A stretch of 63,727 nt of DNA, filler included, from Kipferlia bialata (Eukaryota), in the NCBI GenBank assembly GCA_003568945.1. It is 7 parts of 5 records of this genome, joined end to end, with 100 filler letters (N's around TTAATTAATTAA, not from the genome) between each part and the next. Parts side by side here need not be neighbours in the genome. Positions count along the whole stretch, not along the records: positions 1 to 25,171 come from BDIP01000029.1; 6 more parts are not named here. One strand, given 5' to 3'. Under the pieces are notes generated by a model. That model made no database searches. It was not told the origin of the DNA and was given only the letters and a program-made list of their open reading frames with translations. Each line of letters starts with the position of its first letter. Position 1 is the first letter of the stretch. Made by a program: the position numbers and the translations under genes. Of the stretch, positions 1 through 12,042 are shown in pieces.

Positions 1-51
<51 letters not shown>
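1..51. repeat. (AG)n microsatellite inside a GCN1 intron
   Basis: Direct read of the sequence: about 25 AG units. Confidence 0.95.
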
Positions 52-54
<3 letters not shown>

Positions 55-73
55 AGCATATGGAGTGTGGGAT

Positions 74-3000
74 ACCTGCTGGTTGGCGAGGCCTGGCATG
101 GTGCATGCCTTGGTGCCGATGGTGGCGTTCTCAATGGAGGACTGGATGGAGAGCAGGGCCCCCTCGTACCCAGTCTCAGACACGTTGTCCAGACACACAG
201 ACAGCAGCGCAGCGGCAGCAGGGATGTGGGGTCCCTCTGTGGCAAAGAGCGACATGGCCCTGGGCAGGAAGGCCTGGGCAGACTGGGGGGTGCCGAGGGC
301 GGCAACGTACACGTACACGATACGGGTGGCGAGCACCAAGTCCCTCTTCTTGGTGAGGGCGTTGGACATGTAGCGGGATATCTGCCTGTTCTCTCCACCG
401 GTGGTGGCTGCCTGGACCACCCTGGGGGTCAGTGTCAACAGATATATATATATATATGTGTGTGTATATAATATAGTAGTATGCATGCTGTTACTACTAT
501 GGATACAATAGATATACCTGAGGATGGACTGGGTGAGCTCCGAGAGGGCCTCTGTGTGCTGGGGCTGGAGGGAGGGCAGGGACTCGATGGCCTCAGATGC
601 ATCGAGGTTGTCGATCAGAAGGGACACAAGCTCCTGGGCAAACATGCCTAAGGGGTGAGGGACAGACAAAGATACATAGAGTAACCGCTATGTATATGTA
701 TATATAGATGGCTACCTGCGTTGGCTGCGTGCACCATGAGGAGACCGGACAGGGCGTCTGCCTTGCCAGAGGAGAAGGGGGGCTCCTGCAGGGCCACAAA
801 GATGTCTCCGAAGGATGCAGGCCTGGCCTCAACCAGGGCCAGGAGACCGGCAACGGCCTCCTCGACGTGTCCCCTCGAGGCCATCTGGGAGAGAGACCCA
901 ACCACCTCCTTGGCAACGGCGCCAGGGGCACGCACAGCGGCAAAGAGACCGGCTGCGGCACGGGCGATGGCGGAGTTGGCGGAGAGCAGGAGGCCTGGGA
1001 TGATTGGGAGCACCTCTGCCTCGACCTCTGGGGTCTGGTCCCTGGAGAGACCCTTGAGCAGCATAGACAGGGTGGTAAGGGCAGCGGCACGGCGGCCCTC
1101 GTGGGTCTCCTGGGGTGAGTGGGGGAGACTTTGGATACTCAGCAAGAGAGAATAGGATAGTGGGGTTACCTCGTCCAGAGCTGCCTTAAGCAGCACAGGT
1201 GCAAAGAGCTTGGAGGAGGAGGGGTACTTGTTGCCGATATCGGCGAGGGTGAGGCTGACTGCCTCCATACCGTGCTCGGTGCCAGAGGCCATCCTAGGCA
1301 TCAGAGGTATATATATGATATATATATATACTAACATACATAATAGAGATAGACCCCTGACCTTGTGATCATGAGGTCTGTGAGGAAGGGGCACAGGGTC
1401 TTGATGGCCTTGGGGGGGTGGTTGACCACACTCTTCCACACGTGCACGGCCTGCGTGGACACGGCGTCCTTGGCATCGCACCTGAGGACAAAGATGGCAG
1501 AGAGGATCTCTCCGGCAAGGGCGTCGCCCAGGGTCTCGTGGATCATCTAGGGGGTTAAAAACACATAGGCACTATCTTTCTTAGAGACAAAGAAACAACT
1601 ACTGTAAAGGTACCACATTGACATGTACCTTGTATGCGGCGTCTGGGTTGGGGTCTGGGCAGAGCAGACCGATCATGTCACCAAATAGATCGGCAATGGA
1701 GGACCTAACCATGTAGGACTCGGACTCGGCACCGGCAAGGAGGTACCTGTGGGGTCAGGTACGCATACAGAGAAAATGCATAAGAATAACACATGGCATA
1801 TGGTGTCTACACGCCGCGTACCTAGCGACCTCTGGGATGGCCTCCCCTGCCATCTGGATGGTCTGTCTGCAGATGGCAAGGGCGTCCTTGCGCACCACCA
1901 GCTCTGGGCTGGACAGGGCCTCCACAGCGTGAGGGAGGAGGGCACGGGCCTTGGGCTGCACGGAGTCATCGTACTGGGGGAGGTGGAGGAGGAGAAGAAG
2001 CCTGACGGTAAGTGGGTGAGAGGCAAGAGAAACACGAGAGAGGGAAGGAAAGTGACAGTGCATACTGTCCTAACCTGGCATGTGCGGACAGGGCGTTAGC
2101 TGTCTCGCATGGGATGGCGTCGAGGACTGACTCGGTCAGGTGCAGCTTGGCAGCGACGGCAGCCAGGGCCAGGGCGCCTCCCACTGCAATGAGGTGGTCT
2201 CTAGGAGCAGTGACTCTGTCCCAGAGGTCTGCCAGCACCTCCTCGGTCTCAACGGCATGGGGGAAGAGGGCGGCGATGGAGGAGAGAGCGGCGGCAGCCT
2301 CAGGGCGCACAAGGGCGACAGAGTCTGCAGAGCCACCCAGAAGGGCAGGGACAAGAGCAGGGTAGAAGGGTGCGAGGGCCTCGGCGTCTGTGATGACAGG
2401 GAGGGAGGCAGCCAGCTTGAATGCGTTGGACCTGGAGGAGAGGGTGCGGCAGTCCATACCAGACAGCAGGACGGGCACCAGGAGGGAGAGGGAGGCGGCG
2501 GTGAGGGAGTGCCTGAAGTGCACCTGGGCGAGGTCTGTCAGCACCTGGCCGGCCTTGGAGGGGTCGGCGAGGGCGGCAATGAGCCTGCCTGTGAAGGGCC
2601 TGATCTCTGGGGACCTGACGACAGAGGCCACGCGGAGGAGGGTGTCGTGTGCAGCGGAGGATATCTTCTTGAGACTGTTGTGCAGCAGGGGCTTGAGGGC
2701 AGGCACCACGGTGGACAAGGCAATGCCCAGGGCCTCACGGGAGAGGAGGGGGAGGGAGCCCAGCACGGTGATGGCAGAGAGGCATGTCTTCCACTGGGGG
2801 GACTTGAGGGCCTGGGGTGAGGGGGAGGAACATAGAAGTATGAGTATATATACACAAGCATGAAGGAGTTGATATGTGGATACATACCCCGAGGATGGGT
2901 GGCAGCACGTAGGACACTCCGTGTGCAGAGATGCCAGACATGGTGGCAGACATGGTCTTCTCAGCAGAGGTCCTGGGATCAACATACTATCAATATACAA

Positions 3001-6000
3001 ATACATAAGTGGAAGAGAGAGTGTATTTGAGATATATGTGCCACAGTACCTGATGACGGAGATGGGGTCTGCGTATGCGTTGAGTACGTGGGGCATCAGC
3101 CTGAAGAGGTAGGGCTCGAACAGCCTGCCCATAGACAGGGCCAGCTGCTTCATGGCCACAAGGCCAACCAGACGCATCTCTCCGTTAGAGTGGGAGAGGT
3201 AGTCGATCATGATGTCAAGGACTGGGGTGACACCTCCACACAGACACCTGGGACCAAGGGCAGCAGCAACAGAGGCAAGGCCCCTAGCGGCACCGAGGTG
3301 CTTGGCGTGGTCGGCAGCCTCGTCGTTGATGATCTCGATGAACTCCTCGAGGGCCCTGTTGGCAGCATCAGCGTCAGTCTTGAAGGTGGAGACGAGGGCG
3401 GCGGCAGCGGCGTCCTGCACCATAGCGGCATCGTGTAGCTCAGGGGCAGTGAAGTAGAGGAGGGGGGTGACCCTTCCTGCCACCTCCTGCCTCTGCTCTG
3501 CAAGGGCGGGGTAGAAGGACACAAGGTGGCCGAGGAGGCTGGGGGTAAGCAGTCAGTGAGGGGGGGGGGGGGGCTGTAACTATACGATGCGTACCTAGCA
3601 GCGATCATGGTGAGGACGGGCCTCATGTCGACAGGCTCTGAGGGGTGGGTCCTCTCGACAATGGGGGTGTCGAGCATGCCACGGAAGTTGGTGGTGACCT
3701 AGGGGTAAGGTGTACTATAGACAGAGAAGGAGCAGAGTCAAGTAGAGAGAGGGAGAGAGAGGGACCCACCTCTGTGCAGAGGTATGTGAATGTGTTTGTG
3801 ACTGTGCTGTCTGAGAAGGAGCGCAGGGCCTGCCTGTCTCCACGGCCAGACTCGAGGAGATACTCCATTCTGCGCCTGGGGTGAGGGGATGGAGACGGAG
3901 TGGTATGTGATGTATAGAGTGTGTATGCAGACTCCCTCACCTGGCCCTGCCTCCGATGGAGGTCAGGATGGACTTGGCAGCAAGGTGGGAGGGTGACTCA
4001 AGACCGTGGTCGTTGTCGTGGGAGCCTGAGAGTAAGAGAAGTCCAAAATACACAGTATCCTATTAGTATATGTGCGCAACAATGACGCCAGCCTATAGGC
4101 CGTACCGAGTCTGATGCAGCCTGTGAGCACTGCACACACCACACTCTGCTCAGCCACCTCTCCCTCGTACCCCTCCCCGGCAAGGCACTTGCCAACCCTC
4201 TGGAGGGTGAGTGAGAATATATGTAGAGGGTAACTATATATAGTCTCCGTCAATATGACACTAACACCAACCTGGAGGCCTGTGACGAACCCTGCCTCGA
4301 CTGTGTCGGTGGGGGGGTTGATGATGGGGAGGGACAGGACGGTGTTGTGGGCCACAATCAGAGAGGAGAGCTGGGACAGAACCTGGTAGAGACCGGCACG
4401 GATGCCCTTGTACCTAGGGGGTCAGAGAGAACATATCCAGATGCAATCAATACACAATAATGTACGAAAGTAGTACCTGTCGAATCTGCGCCTGTTGGGC
4501 TCAGGTGTGGTGTACATGAGGCACTTGAGGACAGTGCCGATGAGGTTGGCAAACATGTCGTTCACTGCGGCACGCTCTGTGTCAGACTCTCCAGATGCAG
4601 AGTAGGCCTCCTCCAGACAGATGCGGAGGGCACGGGTGATGGCCAGCCTGGCCCAGGGGTTGCCCTCTCCGCTTAGGGCAGAGACAAGCCTGTCGAGGGA
4701 CAGCTTGACACAGGGGGAGGCGTCGAGCTTGCCGTCGTCCTCACAGGACAGACGCAGGGTACGGGCAACGTGCCTGAGGTTAGTGATGAGGGAGAGTGTA
4801 TATATCTAGTCAGTATGTGAGTGCGTACTTTGTCTCGTCGTCCAGGGTGTCATCGCAGGAGAGGGTGAGCAGGGCGAGGGACACGGCACTGGGCACGGGG
4901 GACTCAGGGCACCTGTAGGGGATGGAGGCAGCCCTCATGGCAGTGACAGCGGCCTCTCTGGAGGTGGGGGTGGCGGAGAGCAGGGCTGTCAGGATCTGGG
5001 TGGGGAGGGGTCCAGGCAGGAGGGACACGGTCAGGGACATGAGGTGGGCGGCGTCCTCGGTCTCGCTGTCCCTCTCGAGGGCAGCAGAGGCACAGGCAAT
5101 GATGCCGCCGTGGTCGAGCTTGGCGCCCTCCTCGGCCCCTGCCCTCTTGACCGTCTGGTACAGAGAGGTCATCACCTTCCTGGCAACCAGGGCTGGGATG
5201 GCCTCACACGCCACGTAGCAGTAGGTGAGGTGGTACACCAGGCCGCACTGGGAGGCAGAGGTGGAGGTGAGGTTGGCGGCAGTGGCGAAGCGCCTGAGAG
5301 CCTCAGCGGCTGCGGCGTGTGTGTCCACAATAGAGGGGAGGGACTCTCCCAGGAGCATGGGGGTGTAGTCACGCTGGGCACGCTCCCAAACAGGCTTGGC
5401 TCCGTGGAGCAGGGCCTCAGGGGAGGGGACCACGATGGGCTCGGGGGCCTCGCACACAGTGAAGTAGACGGAGAGGGCAATGATCTTTGCGGCGTCCAGA
5501 GACACGGAGAGGTGCTTGAACAGAGCGGCACAGAGCACACCGGCACCAGCTGCGGCCAGGGCAGATACCCTGGATGTCATGAGGTCCAGCACGCAGGGCA
5601 GGAAGGAGGGGGTCAGGAGGAGAGCGGCTGCGGCGTTGGTGTCTGCCATGAGCTGACAGACGGCACCTGCGGCACGGGTCAGAGCATGCACCTTGGCGAC
5701 GAGGCCCTGCCTCTGCACCTCAAGCTCTGCGGCCATGACGTTGACCTCCTTCTGCCTGAGCTTGGTGAGCTTGGGGATAGCAATGTCGTCGGAGGTGTCG
5801 ACGGGCTCGACGGCTGCCTCGGCCACTGCCTCACTGCCCTGGACCCAGAGGTCACACTCCTCGGTGGAGAGGGGGAGAGAGAGGGCAGAGACCACGGGGG
5901 TGGCCAGCTGGCTGCAGAGGGCGGGGTTGATGGAGACGAAGGAGAGGATGGGGGCGGCAGAGGGGGAGGAGGCTGAGAGCACGGCCTGGGTGAGAGACTC

Positions 6001-7647
6001 GACCACTCCCTCCTTGGCTGCGTCCTCAGCAGACACAGGTGTCAGGGGGAGCAGGGAGAGAGAGGGGTGGGTCATGGCCAGGGCCTTGGCGGCAATGGGG
6101 CCAGACAGGGTGGGTGTCATGGCCTCCAGCTGCTGGGGCAGGCACATGGTGTGTGCGGTGTGGGGAGTGGGTGCGGAGTAGGACAGAGCAACCACCAGGG
6201 CCTCGGGCAGAGAGTCTGACAGCAGGGTACAGGTGGGCAGGCTGAGGGTGGGGCCAGCACCTAGGAGCAGGTGGGCAGAGGGCACCAGGCACCTGGCGCA
6301 CTGGGCGGGTGTGACTCCGATGTCCCTGTCCTGGGAGAGGGCCAGGGCCTCGGCCATGGGCATGGCAGACAGGGGGTGGGGGAGGGAGGTGGGCACGGTC
6401 AGGCCCTCCAGGAGGGACACCAGGGCTGCCCCCTCTCCAGAGTGGGCAAGGGACAGGGCCTTGGTACCGGCAACCAGCCAGGCCCTCTCTCCCACGGCAG
6501 AGCCAGGGAGGGAGAGGTCAGACACAGGGGAGGGGGTGGCACCGCACCGCACAGACTCAGCGATGAGCCAGCCGGCCTTGACCACGTCAGACTCCACGAG
6601 TGAGAGACCCATCTTGTATCCGGCGGCGGCATCGGTGTATGGCAGCAGCACCCATTTCAGCTTGTCGGGGTAGGCAGTGCCGCACTCCTTAGAGGCACGC
6701 ACGGCCTGGAGGGTCAGACCCACCAGGGTGTTGTAGCCTGTGGCGCCCTCCCTGGCCTTGCCCAGGGCCGTGATGGCCTCGGGGGCACAGAGAGAGGGGA
6801 CCTCGGCCACAGCGGCCTCGAGCACCCTACAGACGTGGTAGACATCGGCATGGGGGCAGGCGGCAACAAGGCCAAAGAGAGAGGTGCACACACTCAGCAG
6901 AGACACGGGGATGGAGGGAAGCTCACACAGGAAGGCAGAGGCAAGTCCGGGGCTCCTACGAAGGGCCCTGAAGGTGAGAGACAGACATCACATACAGGAG
7001 TACTTAATCTCCCACTCTGATTAATATACCATCTATATGTGCATACCTGGTAACTGTGGGGGCCATGGAATCGAGGTCGAGCCTCTCCTTCTTCAGGAGC
7101 TTCATGCGGCACACATGGACCAGTCCCCTTGGTAGGGGGCTGGAGGCCAGAACCCAGGCATCACACACAGCCTGGGGTGAGAGATGTGGGGCAATGGCAT
7201 ACATACTCACTTCTGACAGAGCGAGCACCCGTGGGAGTAGGTAAGAGACAGTGCATAGTGGACCACACGAAGATACACTCTTATTCCACACACAAGTGAC
7301 TCATAACATACCTGTGTCATCAGGCCAGTATCGAGCACTGCACTAGCCGCACAGATCAGGGGCAGCATATCGATGTCTGCCTTGGTTCCCTTCTTCCCTA
7401 GCCTCTCAGAGACGTAGGTGGCAACATGCTCACTGATCACGTTCAGATACACTATGCAACGGGTCATGCAGCCAACGGAACGGGAGGTGGTCCTCAGCAG
7501 AGTCTTCAGGGACGATATAACATCGCTGAAGGGCACTCCCTTCTTCACAGCCTTCACAACCTTCTTCACAAGCTCCTCAGCAACCTTAGGGCTGCCGCTG
7601 GCCTTGGTCAAGGCGACTAACTTGCGTCTAAATACCTTAGGGTCCAT
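74..7647 (-). CDS. GCN1: GCN1-like HEAT-repeat translational activator (multi-exon, 3' end runs off the window)
   Basis: ATG at 7647 (MDPKVFRRKL). Long Ala/Leu-rich helical exons are separated by ~50-90 bp GT-AG introns. GCN1-type segments: 'MGRLFEPYLFRLMPHVLNAYADP', 'MSGISAHGVSYVLPPIL', 'QWKTCLSAITVLGSL', 'LSLLVPVLLSGMDCR', 'AVHVWKSVVNHPPKAIKTL'. Confidence 0.85.
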
Positions 7648-8043
7648 ACCTACACTCACTACACTCCTAACTGAGGTGTGTAAGCTGTGGTCTTGGCGAT
7701 AGGACTCAGTATAGACGAAAGGAGTAGTTCAAGTCACATTGGGCCTCCACACATGCTTTCTGTGGCATCAAACCCTTGAATCCAAACAAAAATCTCTTGA
7801 ACATCCAGCCTTCTTACAGCATGTGATATGGTGGTTGCGGGCACATTCATGATTTGAATGACTGAGAAGTAGTATGTTGTTGTGGTACCGGCAGGGGCGA
7901 CTCTGTCGGATGAGGCTTGCTAGAATCCGTGCAGACACTGTCCTGAACTGAACCCTTTTGCCAAGCGCTTACCCAAATACAGCTGTCGTGGTAAGACCCT
8001 TCTACACGATACACGGCCACCCCCCACTGGTATCGCGCCCTCC

Positions 8044-11000
8044 ATGTTCCGGGTGGTGTTCAGCCGTGGCGTGGATGACACTGTTCTGCTTAATGTGCGT
8101 GTCCCAGTTGACATATCCCCCGACATGCCTCTAGACAGTGTCACACCCCAACTCCGCACAGCACTTGCGGAAGTGTTCGGTGGCATCGCCATGGAGGGTG
8201 ATGAGGAGTCTACGTCCGACAGTAGCAGTGAAGATGAGGGGGTTGGCGGTGGGAAGCCTAAGTGTACTGTTGACATGCCGTGTGACTGCGTGACATGTCT
8301 GATACAGGCAGTGCCTGTCCCAGGGGACACCCCATTTGGGGCTCTATACCAGTACGCAGACACCCTTGGGGTGGTTCATGTCTGTGTGGTTGTCCAGGCT
8401 ACTGATACCGACCCTGCCTCCACTGTTGACCCTCAGCAGTACCCCTCCTACCCCCTCCCCTCTGTTACCGCCCTCTGCCCCCCCAGTGGGTTTCACCTTG
8501 ATCCCTCAGCTGCCATAGTGGACAACAGTGTGGCCAACGTCCTGACCCTCCACCGGGATGTGCTTGTGACTGTGGCCGGGGGTATTGTGAGACAGTCTGT
8601 GCTGATAGAGGGTGTGCCCCCTGAGTGTCTGTCTGCCTCTGCCCTTGACACCTTCACACACACAGTCAGTACACAGGGTGGTCACTTCAGACTGGTGTGC
8701 TTGTACAAGGAGGACAGGTACCGCCTGAGGGTGTTTGATCTGGTGTGTGAGGGGGGAGTCAGGTGGAAGCAGCTGGGGGAGGCTATGGACGTGCTGGGTG
8801 AGGAGGCTGAGGGTTCCACCCCCTATCAGAAGGGTGACAGACTGGACAGGGGGGTGATGCCATCAGACGGGGCATCAGGGGTGTGTAGGTGCTACATGGG
8901 CAGAGACAGCAGTGATGGGTCCATAGTCATGGGTGTTCTACACGCTCTCCCCCCTCCCTGGTCTGGTGCTGATCCCTGTGATGCCCTCACCCTCATAGTG
9001 CGTGTCACATTCACCCCTGAGGGAGTCGTGTCACTGGTCAGACACCCTCTCACTCCCATAGAGTGCACCACCTCTGGTTCCAGGCGCCACTGCTCCCACA
9101 GTCTCTCTGCCTATGGCCGCGCTGTCCTCTACCATTCTGGCACAGATGTGCACAGGATCAACCTACGATCGGGGTCGGTGGAGCCTCTCACTGGCAATGG
9201 CCGCAGACTGGGCCAGTCCACGAGGGGTGCCTTCCACTACGAGGTCTGTGGCAGCGGGGTGATGTGCTCCTATGTGATGCCAAGGAGGGGACAGCAGGTG
9301 CAGCTGGCAGTGGCACTGGGCACCTGTGTCAAGCTGTGCCGGTACGAGCGCTTTGCCCCCCATGGCTCTACCCTTGTGTACACTAGTGAAGACGGGTCTC
9401 TCTGCTCCATAGATATGGATACTCTGAGGCATGTGCCCCAGCTCCTGCTCCGCCACAAGAGAGAGGAGGGGGTCATCAGGAACCCACTTGAATACACCCA
9501 GAAGGGGACTCCCTTCCAAGGCACTCTGCAGGTATATTTAGTGACTATTATGCTTCAAACGTTACATTTTTGGTCATGTGGTTGTTACATCTCACGCTAG
9601 GCTGTGGTGGGAGGTCTCAAGTACCACATTTCTCTCTCCTGGGGCCAAAGTGCAAGTGGAAGGGTCCTGGTGGTCCATGGTATGGCCACCACGGAGGAGA
9701 GGGAGGAGGAGGCGGATAGATGGGGTGGCCCCTGGAAGATTCGGAGACGCCACTCAGTCCCACCTGAGGATATCATCCCGCCCAGCACTTCTGGTGTGTT
9801 CTGTCATGGGCTAATCTACACCACAGTAGAGACAGAGGTGGTGTGTATAGACCCATCCACCCTAACTGCCTCGTGCCTAGGGGTGGGGTGTGCACCTGGA
9901 GACACCCCACTCTGTGTGATGGTGGTGGGTGAGTGTGAGCACCTTGTAGTGAGTACACTGACCGGGAGGCGAGACCTGCTGCCTCCCAACCCTGACCTTG
10001 CACTCCACCCCTTAGCCAGTGTCTCTCAGTACCCAGAGCTAGAGACCAGAGGCAAGGGCCCTGACCTCTACAGTGGGGAGAGACAGGGGGGTGTCATGCT
10101 GAAGGGGTCGGTGAGGGTGGGTGGGGTGTGGTGCAGGGTGGACAGGATGATGTGGAGACCCATGGCCACTCAACCACCTGACATCCCGAGGTGCAGACCT
10201 CTGAAGCTGCTACCCCTTCTGAAGAGAGGGGTGTCTCTGGACATGGATGTGGTGGGGATGGAGATAGGGCATGAGGGGAGCCCAGGGTTTGCTGGGAGGA
10301 CAGTCTCCAACTGTACATTCACCGGGTGCTCCTTCTTCTGTTCTTTTGAGCATGCACGTATTGACGGGTGCACCTTCTCTGATTGTTCCTTTGTGGGCAT
10401 CTCCTTCCTACACGCTAGGCTATCTGATACGTCCTTCTCCAAGTGCAATCTGTCTGGGGCCATATTCACGTCTACCATCCTGACTGACGTGACCCTGACA
10501 GGCTCCACTATGGCTGGTACCACGTTCAGCAGGGCTATTCTCTGCAAGACCCCACTCACCTCTGATCAGATGCGTGCTGCTGACCTTCGGGAGTGTGTCA
10601 TGGCCCACACCAACCTAAGACGTTATGACCTACACGGGTGTGACCTCTCTAAGGCTGACCTAAGGGGGTGTGACCTTGCTGGAGCTGTTATGGGTAGCGA
10701 TGTAGGAAAGGGTGCCACTCTCTCTGGCTGTGATCTGCGGGGTTGCACTGGACTCGAGGCATCTCACCTTCGGGAGGCCGATAGCGTGAGGGGTGTCAAC
10801 CTCTCTGGCCTGTGCTTGGCAGGATTCGACCTCTCTGGCCTGAACCTGTGTGGCTCATGCCTGTCACACTGTGACATGTCAGAGAGTCGCATCATGGGTG
10901 CCATTCTGTCCAACTGTGTTCTAGACTATGCCGTGTTGAGAGGAGTGTACATAGGGACAGACATTCTGCTCGACGCTCTCGTCTATGGTGCCACCCCTCT

Positions 11001-11826
11001 CTCAGAGACTCAGCTGGCCAAGGCACACCTGGCAGGGGCTGTCTTCTGGGGCCTGGATCTGGAGGACTGGAGCCTTGAGGGCAAGAACCTATCAAACTGT
11101 GAGTTCTTGTACTGCAGTCTCAAGGGGGTCAACTTCACTGATGCAAGTCTGACGGGCACATCCTTCAAGAGGTGTGGGCTGAGAGGGGCGGCTATCAACA
11201 GGGCCAGAAACGTGCCTCTGAGCTCCATTCTGGATCCAGAGAGCCGCAATTACCTGCAAGGTGCAGTCCTGTCCGGTCTTGACCTGTCCTGCCTTGACTT
11301 GTCGAGACTAGACCTGTCAGGGTGTCTGTTAGAGCGGTGCTGTCTTAGACAGACCAAGCTGGCTGGGGCCACACTGACCAAGGCGAGGCTGCCCCCTGAT
11401 ACTACTGTGATGGAGCAGGTAGACTGTGTGTACAGAGGAGTGACGTTCAGGGTGCCGGAGGGCAAGGAGTGGCAGGGGAAGGGGGATGCCCAGGTCTCCA
11501 GTCAGACTGCAATGACACCCCCACCTGTCGTCAACTTCTACTTCAAGGCCATCCCATACAGACTGGAGATTGAGATACCAGCCGTGGAGGGGTTCACCTT
11601 CACCATGAGGGGCAGTGCCATGACCAAGGTGTGGGGGGTGACAGCCACCCACAAGGGGCTGCTCCACTTCACACGGGTGGGTAAGACGGTGAGGGTGGTG
11701 GGGCTGGGGGGGACTGAGTGTACGCGGGTGGTGGATACACTTCAGAGTGGGGAAGCGGGGACACTGGAACTATCTTTCCCTGGAGGAGAGAACCTGACTT
11801 TGCTTGCTGAGGCCCCTGAGGAGTGA
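8044..11826 (+). CDS. Pentapeptide-repeat protein, ~1237 aa, 2 exons (8044-9531, 9601-11826)
   Basis: The 518-aa and 740-aa ORFs join in frame by removing intron 9532-9600 (GTATAT...CTCACGCTAG). Many (A/C)(D/N)L(S/R)G pentapeptide units lie at ~10300-11400 (e.g. 'GCDLSKADLRGCDLAGA'). Confidence 0.85.
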
Positions 11827-12042
11827 ATCAAACCAAGCTCAAGCTGTAATAGAGATCCAAATTGCAAGGAATATCGTTAGCTGTGAATGTTGGGGGTGAT
11901 GTAGATCTAATCACGTATCGAGACTCGATTCGAGTAGTTGAGAGGGTCACACTTCAAGGGTGTAGCATTTCTGTGTTTTTGTACTAGGGGTTTAATACGA
12001 GAGCAACCACACACAGGAACAGCTTGTTTCAGTGGTTGTGCG

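Noticed and set aside
2012..6673. Many long plus-strand ORFs (e.g. 5044-5976, 2140-2820)
   Set aside because: They are antisense shadows of GC-rich GCN1 exons.
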